A stretch of DNA of 64,000 bases from Perna viridis (GCA_037379345.1 CM074516.1:49823626-49887625); one strand, 5' to 3'. Counted from the stretch's first letter, positions 1 through 12,639 are shown. Notes: generated from the sequence alone by a model not told the origin. Numbers and translations are program-made.

Positions 1-1505
1 TAGTACAGACATTCACATCAGAACTGACAGAGTATACTGACATTCCATTCCATCAGACTATACTGACATTAACAGCAGATCATGACATCAGATTATACAG
101 ACATTCTCACAAGATCATGACATCAGGTAGTACAGACATTCACACCAGATCATGACATTTGTTTCTTCAGACATTCATACAAGAGTGGGGCATCAGATTG
201 TACAGACATTCACACCAGATCATGACATCTGTTTCTTCAGACATTCACATCAGAGCATGACATCAAAATTTACTGACATTCCATTGCATCAGACTATACT
301 GACATTAACAGCAGATCATGACATCAGATTATACAGACATTCTCACCAGATCATGACATCAGATTATACAGACATTCTCACCAGTTCATGACATCAGGTT
401 ATACAGACATTCACACCAGATCTAGATCATGGCATCAGATTGTACAGATATTCACACCAGATCATGACATTTGTTTCTTCAGACATTCATACAAGAGCAT
501 GGCATCAGATTGTGCAGACATTCACACCAGATCATGACATCTGTTTCTTCAGACATTCATACCAGAGCATGACATCAGATTGTGCAGACATTCACACCAG
601 ATCATGATATCAGATTATACAGACATACACACCAGATCATGACATCTGTTTCTTCAGACATTCACACTAGATCATGTCATCAGAAAGTACAGACATTCAC
701 ACCAGGTCATGTCATCAGAAAGTACAGACATTCACACCAGATCATGGCATCAGATTGTTCAGACATTCACACCAGATCATGACATCAGATTGTACAGACA
801 TTCACACCAGATCATGGCATCAGATTGTACAGATATTCATACCAGATTATGACATCTGTTTCTTCAGACATTCATACCAGTTCATGTCATCAGATTGTAC
901 AGACATTCATACCAGATTATGACATCTGTTTCTTCAGACATTCACACTAGATCATGTCATCGGAAAGTACAGACATTCACACCAGGTCATGTCATCAGAA
1001 AGTACAGACATTCACACCAGATCATGGCATCAGATTGTTCAGACATTCACACCAGATCATGACATCAGATTGTACAGACATTCACACTAGATCATGACAT
1101 CAGATGGTACAGACATTCACACCAGATCATGACATCAGATAGTACAGACATTCACACCAGGTCATGACATTTGTTTCTTCAGACATTCACACCAGATCAT
1201 GGTATCAGATTGTACAGACATTCACACCAGATCAAATCATCAGATAGTGCAGACATTCACACCAGATCATGGTATCAGATTGTACAGACATTCACACCAA
1301 ATCATGACATCAACTTGTACAGACATTCACACCAGATCATTACATCTGTTTCTTCAGACATTCACACTAGATCATGGTATCAGATTGTACAGACATTTAC
1401 AGAAATTCACACCAGATCATGGCATCAGATTGTAGAGACATTCACACCAAATCATGACATCAAATAGTACAGATATTCACACAAGATCATGGCATCAGAT
1501 TGTAC
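1..1505. repeat. Minisatellite, 35-bp unit, >40 copies (runs off the window start)
   Basis: acagacattcacaccagatcatgacatcagattgt with a ..catctgtttctt variant; source of ORFs 152-1467. Confidence 0.95.
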
Positions 1506-3289
1506 CAGGCGTCCTGAAGTTTCTTTTGAGTTGAAGTTGTTTGTAACTCCTTTTTAGGAATTATTGCAATTCAATTGAAAAAAAATGACAACATTCATTT
1601 TGATAGTGTGTAACTAGTGCTGTCAGATCTGTAATTACCTGTATACTAGTACATGTATTATTGTAGAGTGGAAGATCATAAGGTCATAAAAGACTTAATT
1701 CTACTTCAGATTTGTTAATTAGAATTTTTGTTTGTCAGCAATATTTTAATAAAATTGATACCAAATGTAACAATGACAATTATTTTAGACAATTTCTGGT
1801 GAGGGACATGGGGAACTGTTCTTTTATTCCTTCTGTCTGAAATACTTTAACAGATTGAAAGAAATAAAGTATTCCTATTAAAATTTCCTTCTATTCTAGT
1901 AATTAGGGCCCTGTCAATATGTGACTGACATCCTCTAGTTTTCACACTATTTGTCTGTCCATCCATTGGTAACAAATTGTGTCTGGGATGTAACTTTGTT
2001 GTCTTTTGTAGTAAACTTTTGATACTTTACAAATTAGAACAGTTCAAGATTATGTGTCATGTACCATATTTGATAAACTTTGACCTTGAACTTAGACCTC
2101 ATGGTCAAATAATGATTTTTGCATGCAAATTTGTGTCCAGACTGTAAATGTTTTGTGTTTTGGTGTTGGCTTCTGGTATTTGGTGTGAGGGTAGATTAGC
2201 TCAAGACTATGTGTCACATGCTATAGTTCAGAGTCAAATAAATAAATTTTGCATAACTGTTTTGCATGATAAACTAAATCTGTTGTGCATGGCTGATGTA
2301 CATGATTTTTACCATAGTAGGGCCCATAGAGATGGATTCCATCTCAATTATAAATATTTTATTCTCTATTTAATGGTAGCCATGGGGACACAAAAAAAAT
2401 GCTCTGTTAGATCATTGATTTTTTAACAAGGATTTTTCTGAAATTATAAATATTACTAGATTTTACACAGTTTTCTTTGCTCTTCACTGTGCCTTATATT
2501 TAAGCAGTTTTGTTCCACCCCTGATTTGAAAGTTATTTTTAATTCAGTTGATTACAAGTATTTAATAGTGATGTAAAGTGCTATCAGATCTGTATATAAT
2601 TTCCTTTATAGAATGAAAGTTAATTAGATCATACAGAATTTACTTATAGATTTTTCTTAGTTATGAATTGCTCTGTGTCATAGGAATGTCTAATTAATCA
2701 GTTATATTTGCTATTAAGTTGCTGTAAACATATTGAGTAATTTTTTGTTTTATAAATAATAGTTTCATTATCTGCAGTAGTAGGGTTCAACATTTACATA
2801 AGTGTCAGTTGTCAGTTTGTAGGGTGGTTATGTTTAATCACAAGAAAGGTTAGAGAAGGGCATTCAGTGTGAAATGATGTATCTACAGTCCAAATAGTTA
2901 AATTTTCAATTTTAACAAATTTAAAACAGGAGATGTACCAAAGGTGCTAAAATTGAATTCTTGAGCCACCAAGGAATGTAGAAATGAACAATGACACAAA
3001 ATGTGTAAGATTTGGTTTCTTGCTTGACTTTAATTTTCAATAAGTTGCACATTCTTGGCAATTTAAAAAAAAAGCTCATTGTGTGCAACATTATAACAAG
3101 TTTCAGAGAATCAGTAATTTATGTGAATTTAAAATAATTTATGTGAGTATAAAAAAAGAACTGACTTCAATATTGAAATTTGGACATCTCTATCAAGTAT
3201 CATGCTGACAAATTATTTTTGAATCCTCCAGTAACTGATAAGTTCTATAGATAAAGTGCATTGTAACCTATCTAAACTGACCCTTCAAT

Positions 3290-4070
3290 CAATCTGCAAC
3301 CTAATAAAATATCCTTCAATATGTTGCTAGCTTTCAGTAACTGTCAGCTTTCTATAATCTGCAACTTTAAAAAATATCCTTCAATATGTTGCTAGCTTTC
3401 AGTAACTGTCAGTATTCTGTAATCTGTAACCTTATAAAATATCCTTCATTATGATGCTAGTTTTCAGTAACTGTTAGTATTCTATAATCTGTAACTTTAT
3501 AAAATATCCTTCAATATGTTACTAGTTTTCAGTTACTGTCCGCTTTCTATAACCTGTAACCTTATAAAATATCCTTCAATATGTTGCTAGCTTTCAGTAA
3601 CTGTCAGTATTCTGTAATCTGTAACCTTATAAAATATCCTTCATTATGATGCTAGTTTTCAGTAACTGTTAGTATTCTATAATCTGTAACTTTATAAAAT
3701 ATCCTTCAATATGTTACTAGTTTTCAGTTACTGTCCGCTTTCTATAACCTGTAACCTTATAAAATATCCTTCAATATGATGCTAGCTTTCAGTAACTGTC
3801 AGCATTCTATAATCTGTTATCTTATAAAATATCCTTCAATATGTTGCTAGTTTTCAGTAACTGTCAGCATTCTATAACCTGTAACCTTATAAAATATCCT
3901 TCAATATGATGCTAGCTTTCAGTAACTGTCAGCATTCTCTAATCTGTAACCTTATAAAATATCCTTCAATATGTGGCTACTTTTCAGTTACTGTCAGCGT
4001 TCTATAATCTGTAACCTTATAAAATATCCTTCATTATGTTGCTAGTTTTCAGTAACTGTCAGCATTCTAT
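3290..4070. repeat. Minisatellite, 65-bp unit, ~12 copies
   Basis: aatctgtaaccttataaaatatccttcaatatgttgctagctttcagtaactgtcagcattctat. Confidence 0.95.
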
Positions 4071-5870
4071 AGTTATGGGTGTTTATGGTTACCAGCATCA
4101 ATGGTTACAGGCGTTTATGGTTAATAATGTCGACGGTTACTGACATCTATTGTTACCTACTTTTATGATACCAGTTTCTATGGTTACCAAATTCCATGGT
4201 TACCAGGATCTATGGTTATAATCGTCTAGGGTAATAGACATCTATGGTTACTGACGTCTGTGGTTATCATTGTTTAAGATTCCTGGTGTCTATGGTTAAT
4301 AAATCTATGGTTATCAATGTTTAAGATTCCTGATGTCTGTGGTTACTGACATCTATGGTTAAGGACTTCCATGGTTTCTGATGTCTATGGTTAACGACAA
4401 TATGGTTACCTACATCTATGGTTACCTACATCTATGATTATCAACATCTATGGTAACTGACGTCTATGGTTACCTACGTCTATGGGTACCTACATCTATG
4501 GTTACCTACATCTATGATTATCAACATCTATGGTAATTGACGTCTATGGTTACCTACGTCTATGATTATCAACATCTTTGGTAACTGACGTCTATGGTTA
4601 CCTACATCTATGGTTACCTACGTCTATGATTATCAACATCTATGGTAACTGAAGTCTATGGTTACCTACATCTATGGTTACCTACATCTATGATTATCAA
4701 CATCTATGGTAACTGACATCTATGGTTACCTACGTCTATGGGTACCTACATCTATGGTTACATACGTCTATGATTATCAACATCTATGGTAATTGACGTC
4801 TATGGATACCTACGTCTATGATTATCAACATCTTTGGTAACTGACGTCTATGGTTACCTACGTCTATAGTTACCTACGTCTATGATTATCAACATCTAGG
4901 GTAATTGACATCTATGGTTACCTACGTCTGTGATTATCAACATCTATGGTAACTGAGGTCTATGGTTACCTACGTCTACGGTTACCTACATCTATGGTTA
5001 CCTACATCTATGATTATCAACATCTATGGTAATTGACGTCTATGGTTACCTACGTCTATGATTATCAACATCTTTGGTAACTGACATCTATGGTTACCTA
5101 CATCTATGGTTACCTACGTCTATGATTATCAACATCTATGGTAATTGACGTCTATGGTTACCTACGTCTATGATTATCAACATCTTTGGTAACTGACGTC
5201 TATGGTTACCTACGTCTATGGTTACCTACATCTATGGTTACCTACGTCTATGATTATCAACATCTATGGTAATTGACGTCTATGGTTACCTACGTCTGTG
5301 ATTATCAACATCTATGGTAACTGAGGTCTATGGTTACCTACGTCTATGGTTACCTACATCTATGGTTACCTACATCTATGATTATCAACATCTATGGTAA
5401 CTGACGTCTATGGTTACCTACATCTATGGTTACCTACATCTATGATTATCAACATCTATGGTAACTGAGGTCTATGGTTACCTACGTCTATGGTTACCTA
5501 CATCTATGATTATCAACATCTATGGTAATTGACGTCTATGGTTACCTACGTCTATGATTATCAACATCTTTGGTAACTGACGTCTATGGTTACCTACGTC
5601 TATGGTTACCTACATCTATGGTTACCTACGTCTATGATTATCAACATCTATGGTAATTGATGTCTATGGTTACCTACGTCTATGATTATCAACATCTTTG
5701 GTAACTGACGTCTATGGTTACCTACATCTATGGTTACCTACGTCTATGATTATCAACATCTATGGTAACTGAGGTCTATGGTTACCTACATCTATGGTTA
5801 CCTACATCTATGATTTTCAACATCTATGGTAATTGATGTCTATGGTTACCAATGTCTATGATTACCAAAC
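4071..5870. repeat. Minisatellite, 16-bp monomers of three variants; degenerate left end
   Basis: tctatggttacctaca / tctatgattatcaaca / tctatggtaactgacg. Confidence 0.95.
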
Positions 5871-5955
5871 ATGTCTATTGTATATGTTACTTATGACTAG
5901 TTAGTCCAAGATTTTTCCTCTATAACTAATTTTGCGTATTTGATTTTGTTTGCAG

Positions 5956-6072
5956 TACGAATCCAGAAAGGGAAGACTGAGATAGTACTTACTAAGGAAA
6001 CAGTCAGTCAATGGAATTCTATAGGAAAACCCTTACAGAAACATAATACATTTAAAATAAACAAAGATATAG
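5956..6072 (+). CDS. CYB5R4: CYB5R4 exon, end of CS domain (117 nt, phase 1/1)
   Basis: tttgcag|TA CGA ATC..ATA G|gtaaat; (V)RIQKGKTEIVLTKETVSQWNSIGKPLQKHNTFKINKDI. Confidence 0.88.
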
Positions 6073-9000
6073 GTAAATATAGACATCTTTACATGATGGA
6101 GGATGTAGTTTTCATATTTAATAGTACTCTATATTTCTATGTTTCCTTGATAGAGAGCAAAGTCATGCTAATGGTAATCTATATGAATGTGAGCTTTAAG
6201 TGACTGGAAATGAAAATAAAATTTTTTTGTGCACCCAGGATTTTGAAAAATAAAAGAAAAAAACAGACTAGACTGGTCACCTCATTCAAATTATTTTGGC
6301 TTGAGTAGTTCAATTACAAAGGACATGATGCCATCTGACCATTGAGGCAAGAATTAAAACTCATGAGTTGTTTCAATATTGATTTCTAAAAAAAATGCAC
6401 AAAACAATTTTTTTCATTTAATAAAAACTATTAGCTTAAAAAATAAAGTGCCATAGCTGTAGCAGGCAGTCTTTGGACAGGTTATACACTCCTCATATCA
6501 TTAAAACCAAATGACATCAGGCTTAATTTTTTCTCCTTCTAATCTATGGAGAAATGTTCTGTTCTTAGAACTGATGTTAACATTTATCTATGCATTATGC
6601 AGTGTTTAGAATTGATTTTTGGCATTAGTCTAAAAATTAACTGAGTGCTTCAATTCAATATTTAGGGTTTGATACACAATGACTACTTTTAATATCTAAA
6701 ACAGTTCAAACCTTGGTATTGACTTTAAGTAAATCCGTGTCATGAGTCATAACTAAGTTGTTACATATTGTAAAATGAAAATATAAAACATATGTATGGA
6801 AGGGAGTGTTAACTCAGATGACTAGAATAATATACTGTGAAAGTACTTTTAATTCGTGGGTTAGGGAAAAAGTTCCTTGATTCTTGTATTTGTTGTTTTG
6901 AAGTTTTCTTTATACACATCAATGAGAATCTCCTCTTTTGCTGGATTTGGCTTGCCCACAAACACCATGAAAATTGGTACCCCACATACTTTCACAACAG
7001 ATTTAAGGTCATCATAACTGTACACTGTTCTGATAAAGTCATCATAACTGTACAATGTTCTGATAGTCATTACAACTGTACACTGTTCTGATAGTCTTTA
7101 CAACTATACACTGTTCTGATAAAGTGATTACAACTGTACACTGTTCTGATAGTCATTACAACTGTACACTGTTCTGATAAAGTCATTATAACTGTACACT
7201 GTTCTGATAAAGTCATTACAACTGTACACTGTTCTGATAAAGTCATTATAACTGTACACTGTTCTCATTTGCTCATTTGCTTTTGTTACTTTGTATGTAT
7301 GATTTTAGTTACTATATGTTCTTTGTTGTGTATGTCGGTTTGTCTGGTCTTTGTCCCTGGATTACATTCTTTTGATTGCTGCTATAACCTTGGTTCCTGT
7401 GATTACACTGAACACTGTTCTGATCTGTTCTTGACTATGTTAACTTTTGTTTTACAGAAACAACATATCACTCATGTAGTTTAGAATCAGTCACTGATAT
7501 TACACATGACAGTAAACTACTGTGTATAAATCTACCTCCAGAACTAAACATGTATATTCCAGTTGGCCATCATGTACATATGCAACATGATATATCAGGT
7601 CAGTAACACATACAATTTACATACAAACACACACACAGATGAACTCAAGTATACATTGGCACACACACATTCTTCAGTATAAATCTACCTTCAGAACTAA
7701 ACATTTATCCAGTTTATATGTAGATACATTTCCAAACAAATTCTACTGTCACCCCAGAGTTGTCTTTCTTCCCAAATGGTAATGTAATTTAGGTATACCC
7801 CTTGAGATCATGTTTGTCCATCTCTAATGTAATTACTTTTTAGGTATGAAAATAGCAAGGAGTTATACAGCTGTGATAAAGTCATTATCTTCGGAAAACC
7901 AAGATGAAAGAGAAGGGAGCATTGTATACCTGATGATAAAGATATACCCAGATGGTGCACTGACACCATGGATTGGTAACTTATCACCAGGTAAGTACTA
8001 ACATTATGGGTAAGGCAGCAGAAACTATAATAAAGTTGTTGAATAATTGTAAAGGTGGCTTACAACATAAATACCAATGAAAAAGTTCAGGCTGGTGGCT
8101 TACATTATAAACACCCATCATAAAGTTCAGACAGGTCATAAATACCCTTGATTAAGTTCATGCTGGTGGCTTGCAACATACATATCCATGATGAAGTTCA
8201 GGCTGGTGGCTTACTACAAAAAGCCCATAATAAAGTTCAGGCTGCTGGCTTACAACATAAATATACATGATAAAGTTCAGACTGGTGGCTTACATTATAA
8301 TAACCCATGATAAAATTCAGGCTGGTAGTTTAAAACTGAAGTTCTATCATAATACCTAAATTACTTTTTTCTGTATGAAGGGTTTAGAGAATTTTTATAT
8401 TTTTTCAAAATTAGGTGATCTAATTGACATCAGTTATCCCGAGGGAAATTTCCAGGAGGAGAGGTTAACAGATTTATCTGACCTGATGTTGTATGCTGCT
8501 GGTACAGGATTTACACCAATGATCAGGCTTATATACCACTGTCTATATGTAGATAATAAACCCGATAGGTGAGTAACTATGGAGATTTTAGAGATCAAGG
8601 CAAGGTTTGAGACCAGCATGGGTCAGGCTGATAAACAAATGTCTGTTTATAGATGAGGTACAACAAAGGTCAGATTACTTACTTGGTTGAGGATACCACT
8701 GCCAATATATGGATACTGTGAAAGTACTATTGTTCATGGGGTACCAATTTTTGTGGTATTCATGGTTAAAACAAAACCAAGAAATTTGGTTCCCAACGAA
8801 AAGGAAATTTCCATTGATGTATTTACTGAAAACCTCAAAACCACAATTTCAAGAATCCACAAATTTGTGTTTCTTCCCTAATCCACAAAAATTGGTATCC
8901 ACGAATTAAAGTACTTTCACAGTAACAAATGAAGTAGTTGAGTTACAATGGAAATTCTATTGTAAAAGCAAAGACAGGGGATCAGGCTTATATTCCATGG

Positions 9001-11651
9001 TCTAACAACTGATAACAAAGTTAAAATAGCTGTAAACTCAGAGTTTGTTAGAAATTCTTAAAATAAAAATAAAAACAGAAACCAAAAGAGGATCACTAAT
9101 TGGTGCAAAAATAGTCAGAATCACTGTAGTGGGAGGGGATGGTAGATTTTGTCCAGAAGATGTTATTCTGTTTATTTATGATGCAATATATAATGAAATT
9201 TTGTCATTATGACACTGGCTAACATTGATAAACGAAAAACAATTGTTATTGTTGCCTGTTGTTGAATTGAATGATTAACACTGCTGTAATGAAGTCTTTG
9301 TTTTCCCTTTATACAACACATTTTTTGTTATGATGATATTTTTCTATATTTTTCAGGAAAATAAAACTTGTGTTTTTCAACAAAACTGAAAAAGATATAT
9401 TATGGCGAGATCAATTGGATGTCCTAGCGAGTAATTTTACCAAGTAAGTGACTGCATTACCTTACAGGACTTAACATGTAACAGATTCAATATAACTGTA
9501 ATTAATTAGTTCTATATATAGACTTGTACTAATCTGTTCAATGTGAGGTTTTTGTAGTTTTACTATCCAAGTGGATATAGCTTCAATGCTGTCCAGGCAA
9601 AAGTGCCCATATTTCACTGACAATAAAATTGTGAATTCTTTGAAAGATTGATCTATCTCTTGTCATGTTAGCTTTCATTTTAGCCAGTTGTCCAGAAGTG
9701 TATGCATCTACTTAAGACTAGTAAATGCGTTTTTTTATTAAAAATATTTATGGTATAAAAATAGGAGATGTGGTATTATTGTCAATGAGATAGTCATCCA
9801 CAAAATACCAAGCAATGAACAAATAAACTTCTACAGTTCACCAAACAGTCAAAACCCATACCATAAAGCAAGATGTAAAAGGCCCCAAAAATGATATGAT
9901 ACATTTCATACAAGACAAAATTCTACCTATAGCAAAAACATAAAACAGATAACAATGAACATAAAAAATGATAACCACTGGGCTACAGGTTCCTGACTTG
10001 GGATAGGCACATAAAGTATGTGGTGGGTTTAAACATGTTTGTGAGCACCCTAACCTGGGGCAATAGTGGAAAAATACAAGTATGTGGTGGGTTTAAATAT
10101 GTTTGTGAGCACCCTAACCTGGGGCAATGGTAGAAGAGTAATCAAGGGAACCAAGGTTATAGCGGTAATCAAAAGAATGTAATCCAGGGACAAAGAGCAG
10201 ACATGGAAAACATACATACACAACATAGAACATAAAGTAACTAAAATCATACATACAAAATAACAAAAGCAAATGAGCAACTCGGACTCCACTAAAAACT
10301 GGGAGCATGGACCAGGTGCACCGGTGGGGTAAGCGTCCTCAGCTTTTCTAGAAACACCCGCCAAATTGCTCATGTAGCAATGTAACCCTGTTCCATAAGC
10401 CTATTTGTTAGAGTTCTAGTGCGAAACAAAAAGTCTGCGTAGTTTCGGCAAGCTCTGGCATAACGTATGAGTTGTGAAAAGTACAAGTATGCGGTGGGTT
10501 TAAACATGTGTGAGTGCCCTAACCTGGGGCAATGGTGGAAAAATACAAGTATGTGGTGGGTTAAATATGTTTGTGAATGCCCTAACCTGGGGCAATGGTG
10601 GAAAAATACAAGTATGTGGTGGATTTAAACATATTTGTGAGTGCACTAATCTGGGGCAATGGTGGAAAAATACAACAATAAATGGAACTGTAAAAATGTG
10701 TTGAATTCGGATTTAACTCTTAAGATTGATACAGAAAACCAACACCTTAACAAAAGACAACAAGCTGTACCTATCTCGAAAGAGTACTGGCTGTTTCTGT
10801 TAGATAGTTCAAAAACCATAAGCAACTGATAAGCACACATAGTTTACTCGAACAAATGTGTCAATAAAAAACATGTCCAACAGGATTTAGTGAAAACATA
10901 TCATAAAATGTCTAAAAAAACACAAGGTCTTCATGCAAATGCCAAGATAAAACGTATTGGCCAGAAGTGGGACACAATTTGTCATTTTTTATATAAATAA
11001 TTTAAGCTATGATATTGTAACTTAATATCGAATTGACACATATATTATTTCTAGTTTAACTATTGAGCATGTCCTGTCTGCAGCAGACGATAGCTGGAAA
11101 GGTCAGAGAGGTCGAATCAACAAAAAAATGATGGAAGATTTTACTCCTGCTGTCAGCTCAAAATTGCTCATCTGTGCCTGTGGACCAACTGGTTTTACTG
11201 ATACAGTTTGTCAGTATGTATTCAGCTCTAGTGTTTCATTAGTTACATCAGGAATTCACATATAAAACTGATAGGGAATTTCTCATTGGAGATTGAATAT
11301 TTATACAATGGTATTTGTTACTTTATTTGACCATAAAAAAAAATTATGATGTATAATGTATGGGGCTGTCGTTGTCTGTAAACATTTTCTTTTTGTGCAA
11401 TAGCATGAATATTAGTTTGCTGATCTTCACAAAAGTTTATAACAAGTTATGGCCCCAACTTTTTTTGGAATCAAAGGCCAAAAACCAGCATTTTATAGAA
11501 TTTAACTAACTTGAGTAGAAGGAATTTTCTCTTTCTGGTTATGTTTAAAGGTGTTCATGAACTAATCTCCAATAACTTTCTCTATATATATTTCAGGTTA
11601 GCTAAAGACCTGGGCCATAAAGAGGACAATATTCATGCATTTCTTGGATGA
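5956..11651 (+). CDS. CYB5R4: Cytochrome b5 reductase 4 (NCB5OR), 3' part; exons 5956-6072, 7458-7598, 7844-7990, 8415-8568, 9357-9443, 11055-11213, 11597-11651
   Basis: Seven GT-AG exons join in phase into one open frame: VRIQKGKTEIVLTKE..WNSIGKPL (CS-domain end), ITHDSKLLCINLP..IPVGHHV, ARSYT (RxY FAD motif), IKIYPDGALTP, AAGTGFTPM, KLVFFNKTEKDILWRDQL, ICACGP, IHAFLG*. This matches the remembered order of vertebrate CYB5R4 motifs. Confidence 0.95.
6833..7000 (-). mobile_element. MITE copy (same family as 8716-8922), partly deleted
   Basis: ta-ctgtgaaagtact left end, tactttcaca right end; reverse-complement similarity to 8716-8922. Confidence 0.75.
7005..7265. repeat. Minisatellite, 28-30-bp unit
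   Basis: gtcattacaactgtacactgttctgataaa; one more partial unit at ~7405-7423 after an insertion. Confidence 0.92.
7266..7408 (+). mobile_element. 3'-terminal fragment of Penelope-like retroelement
   Basis: Collinear with 40520-40665 and with the reverse complement of 10132-10280 (ttgctcatttgcttttgttactttgtatgtatg..ggattacattctttt). Confidence 0.75.
7458..7598 (+). CDS. CYB5R4: CYB5R4 exon, start of FAD-binding domain (141 nt)
   Basis: tttacag|AA ACA..TCA G|gtcagt; (E)TTYHSCSLESVTDITHDSKLLCINLPPELNMYIPVGHHVHMQHDIS. Confidence 0.92.
7844..7990 (+). CDS. CYB5R4: CYB5R4 exon, FAD-binding RxY motif (147 nt)
   Basis: tttttag|GT ATG..CCA G|gtaagt; (G)MKIARSYTAVIKSLSSENQDEREGSIVYLMIKIYPDGALTPWIGNLSP. 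Confidence 0.93.
8050..8330. repeat. Diverged minisatellite, ~40-bp unit, ~7 copies
   Basis: ataaagttcaggctggtggcttacaacataaatacccatg. Confidence 0.85.
8415..8568 (+). CDS. CYB5R4: CYB5R4 exon, NADH-binding GTGFTP motif (154 nt)
   Basis: aattag|GT GAT..GAT AG|gtgagt; (G)DLIDISYPEGNFQEERLTDLSDLMLYAAGTGFTPMIRLIYHCLYVDNKPD; overlaps ORF 8375..8572. Confidence 0.94.
8716..8922 (+). mobile_element. Complete MITE, Tc1/mariner-type (TA target duplication)
   Basis: TA|ctgtgaaagtact ... agtactttcacag|TA terminal inverted repeats, 207 bp, no coding capacity. Confidence 0.85.
9357..9443 (+). CDS. CYB5R4: CYB5R4 exon (87 nt)
   Basis: ttttcag|G AAA ATA..ACC AA|gtaagt; (R)KIKLVFFNKTEKDILWRDQLDVLASNFT. 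Confidence 0.93.
9760..10050 (-). mobile_element. SINE-like interspersed repeat with Nin/Deu-type central domain
   Basis: caggttcctgacttgggataggcacata..gtggtgggtttaa resembles (recalled) the mollusc Nin-domain core gtgcctgtcccaagtcaggagcct; second degraded copy near 51200. Confidence 0.55.
10015..10680. repeat. Minisatellite, ~63-bp unit, ~5 copies, interrupted by a retroelement fragment
   Basis: aaatacaagtatgtggtgggtttaaatatgtttgtgagcaccctaacctggggcaatggtggaa. Confidence 0.85.
10132..10479 (-). mobile_element. Internally deleted Penelope-like retroelement 3' fragment
   Basis: Minus strand reads SQLIRYARACRNYADFLFRTRTLTNRLMEQGYIAT, then jumps to the 3' UTR shared with 40426-40665. Confidence 0.8.
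11055..11213 (+). CDS. CYB5R4: CYB5R4 exon with CGP motif (159 nt)
   Basis: tttctag|T TTA ACT..TGT CA|gtatgt; (N)LTIEHVLSAADDSWKGQRGRINKKMMEDFTPAVSSKLLICACGPTGFTDTVC. Confidence 0.93.
11597..11651 (+). CDS. CYB5R4: CYB5R4 terminal coding exon
   Basis: tttcag|G TTA GCT..GGA TGA; (Q)LAKDLGHKEDNIHAFLG*. Confidence 0.92.
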
Positions 11652-11785
11652 AACTTTCCAATCCATTATTCAAGATGCCTGTAAGGGGCTTACTCATTAT
11701 TTTTTGTATAATTTCTGACTGTGATGTTAAGTTTTAAACTTATTTGTTATTTATTTTGTTTTTATATTAATAGAAAATATAGCAA

Positions 11786-11791
11786 AATAAA
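11786..11791 (+). terminator. Candidate proximal poly(A) signal of CYB5R4
   Basis: AATAAA about 135 nt after the stop, followed by T/GT-rich sequence. Confidence 0.45.
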
Positions 11792-11824
11792 TTATCTGAT
11801 TTTTCTACATGATTGTTGTATTCC

Positions 11825-12610
11825 TTTTTAGCCCAGCTGGCCACAGGCCATGTGACCTAATGCCATCACTTGGCATCTGTCGTCATTAACAATTTTTCAA
11901 AACTCTTCTCCTCTTGACACTACTTGACCAATTGGAGCCAAACTTGGTTTGAATGTTCCTTGGGTATCCTATAAAGTACTGATTTGGATATGTTTGATCC
12001 CTCGAAAAACATGGCCACCATTACTAAAAATAGAACATAGGGGTCAGACAGTAGTTTTTCGCATATATCTCCAAAACCGTTAGGTTTAGCCAAATTCTGA
12101 CTAGGTAAAAGTGTTCAGCATGATGAGATCTATCAATGGTCAAATTTTCATTTTAATCTGCTAAGCCATGTTGGAGTTATTGCCCTTTTTCAACATTTTT
12201 TTGTTGTTTTTAATGTTATCTCTTTCAAAAATCTTCTCCTCTGTCACTACTAGACCCATTAGAACCAAACTTGTTATGAATATTCCTTGGGATATCGTGC
12301 ATAGAACTAATATGGGGATTTTTGATCTGTTGAAAAACATGGCAGCCGTTACTAAGAATAGAACATTGGGGTTGTCACGTGACTCCTTGTAAGTTATTGC
12401 CCTTGAAAGATGAGTAGAGATGTTTTTCTTTTTTTTATTTTTTGGAAAACTATAAGGTAGATAGAAACTTTCCATCTCTGAAATGATTATTATGATTGTC
12501 CTACCAGTCTTCTTGAGTCAAAATTGTTTGACAACTCCTTGTTAAATTTATTGCCCTTAAAAGACAAACTTTAACAAGGTGAGTGATTCAGCTCCTGGGA
12601 GCCTCTTGTT
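11825..12610 (+). mobile_element. Non-autonomous Helentron-associated (HINE/pearl-like) element
   Basis: 5' ttttagcccagctggcc..ggcc..catcacttggcatctgtcgtc, ~330-bp internal tandem repeats, 3' aggtgagtgattcagctcctgggagcctcttgtt (subterminal IR plus short palindrome). Confidence 0.75.
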
Positions 12611-12639
12611 ACTGTGACTTTTTTTGTAGATCAGATAGA

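Noticed and set aside
152-1467. His/Asp-rich ORFs
   Set aside because: Translations of the 35-bp minisatellite, rotating through frames.
1506-3290. Expected upstream CYB5R4 exon(s)
   Set aside because: No phase-compatible exon with recognisable CS-domain sequence was found by eye; it is probably upstream of the window or too short to detect.
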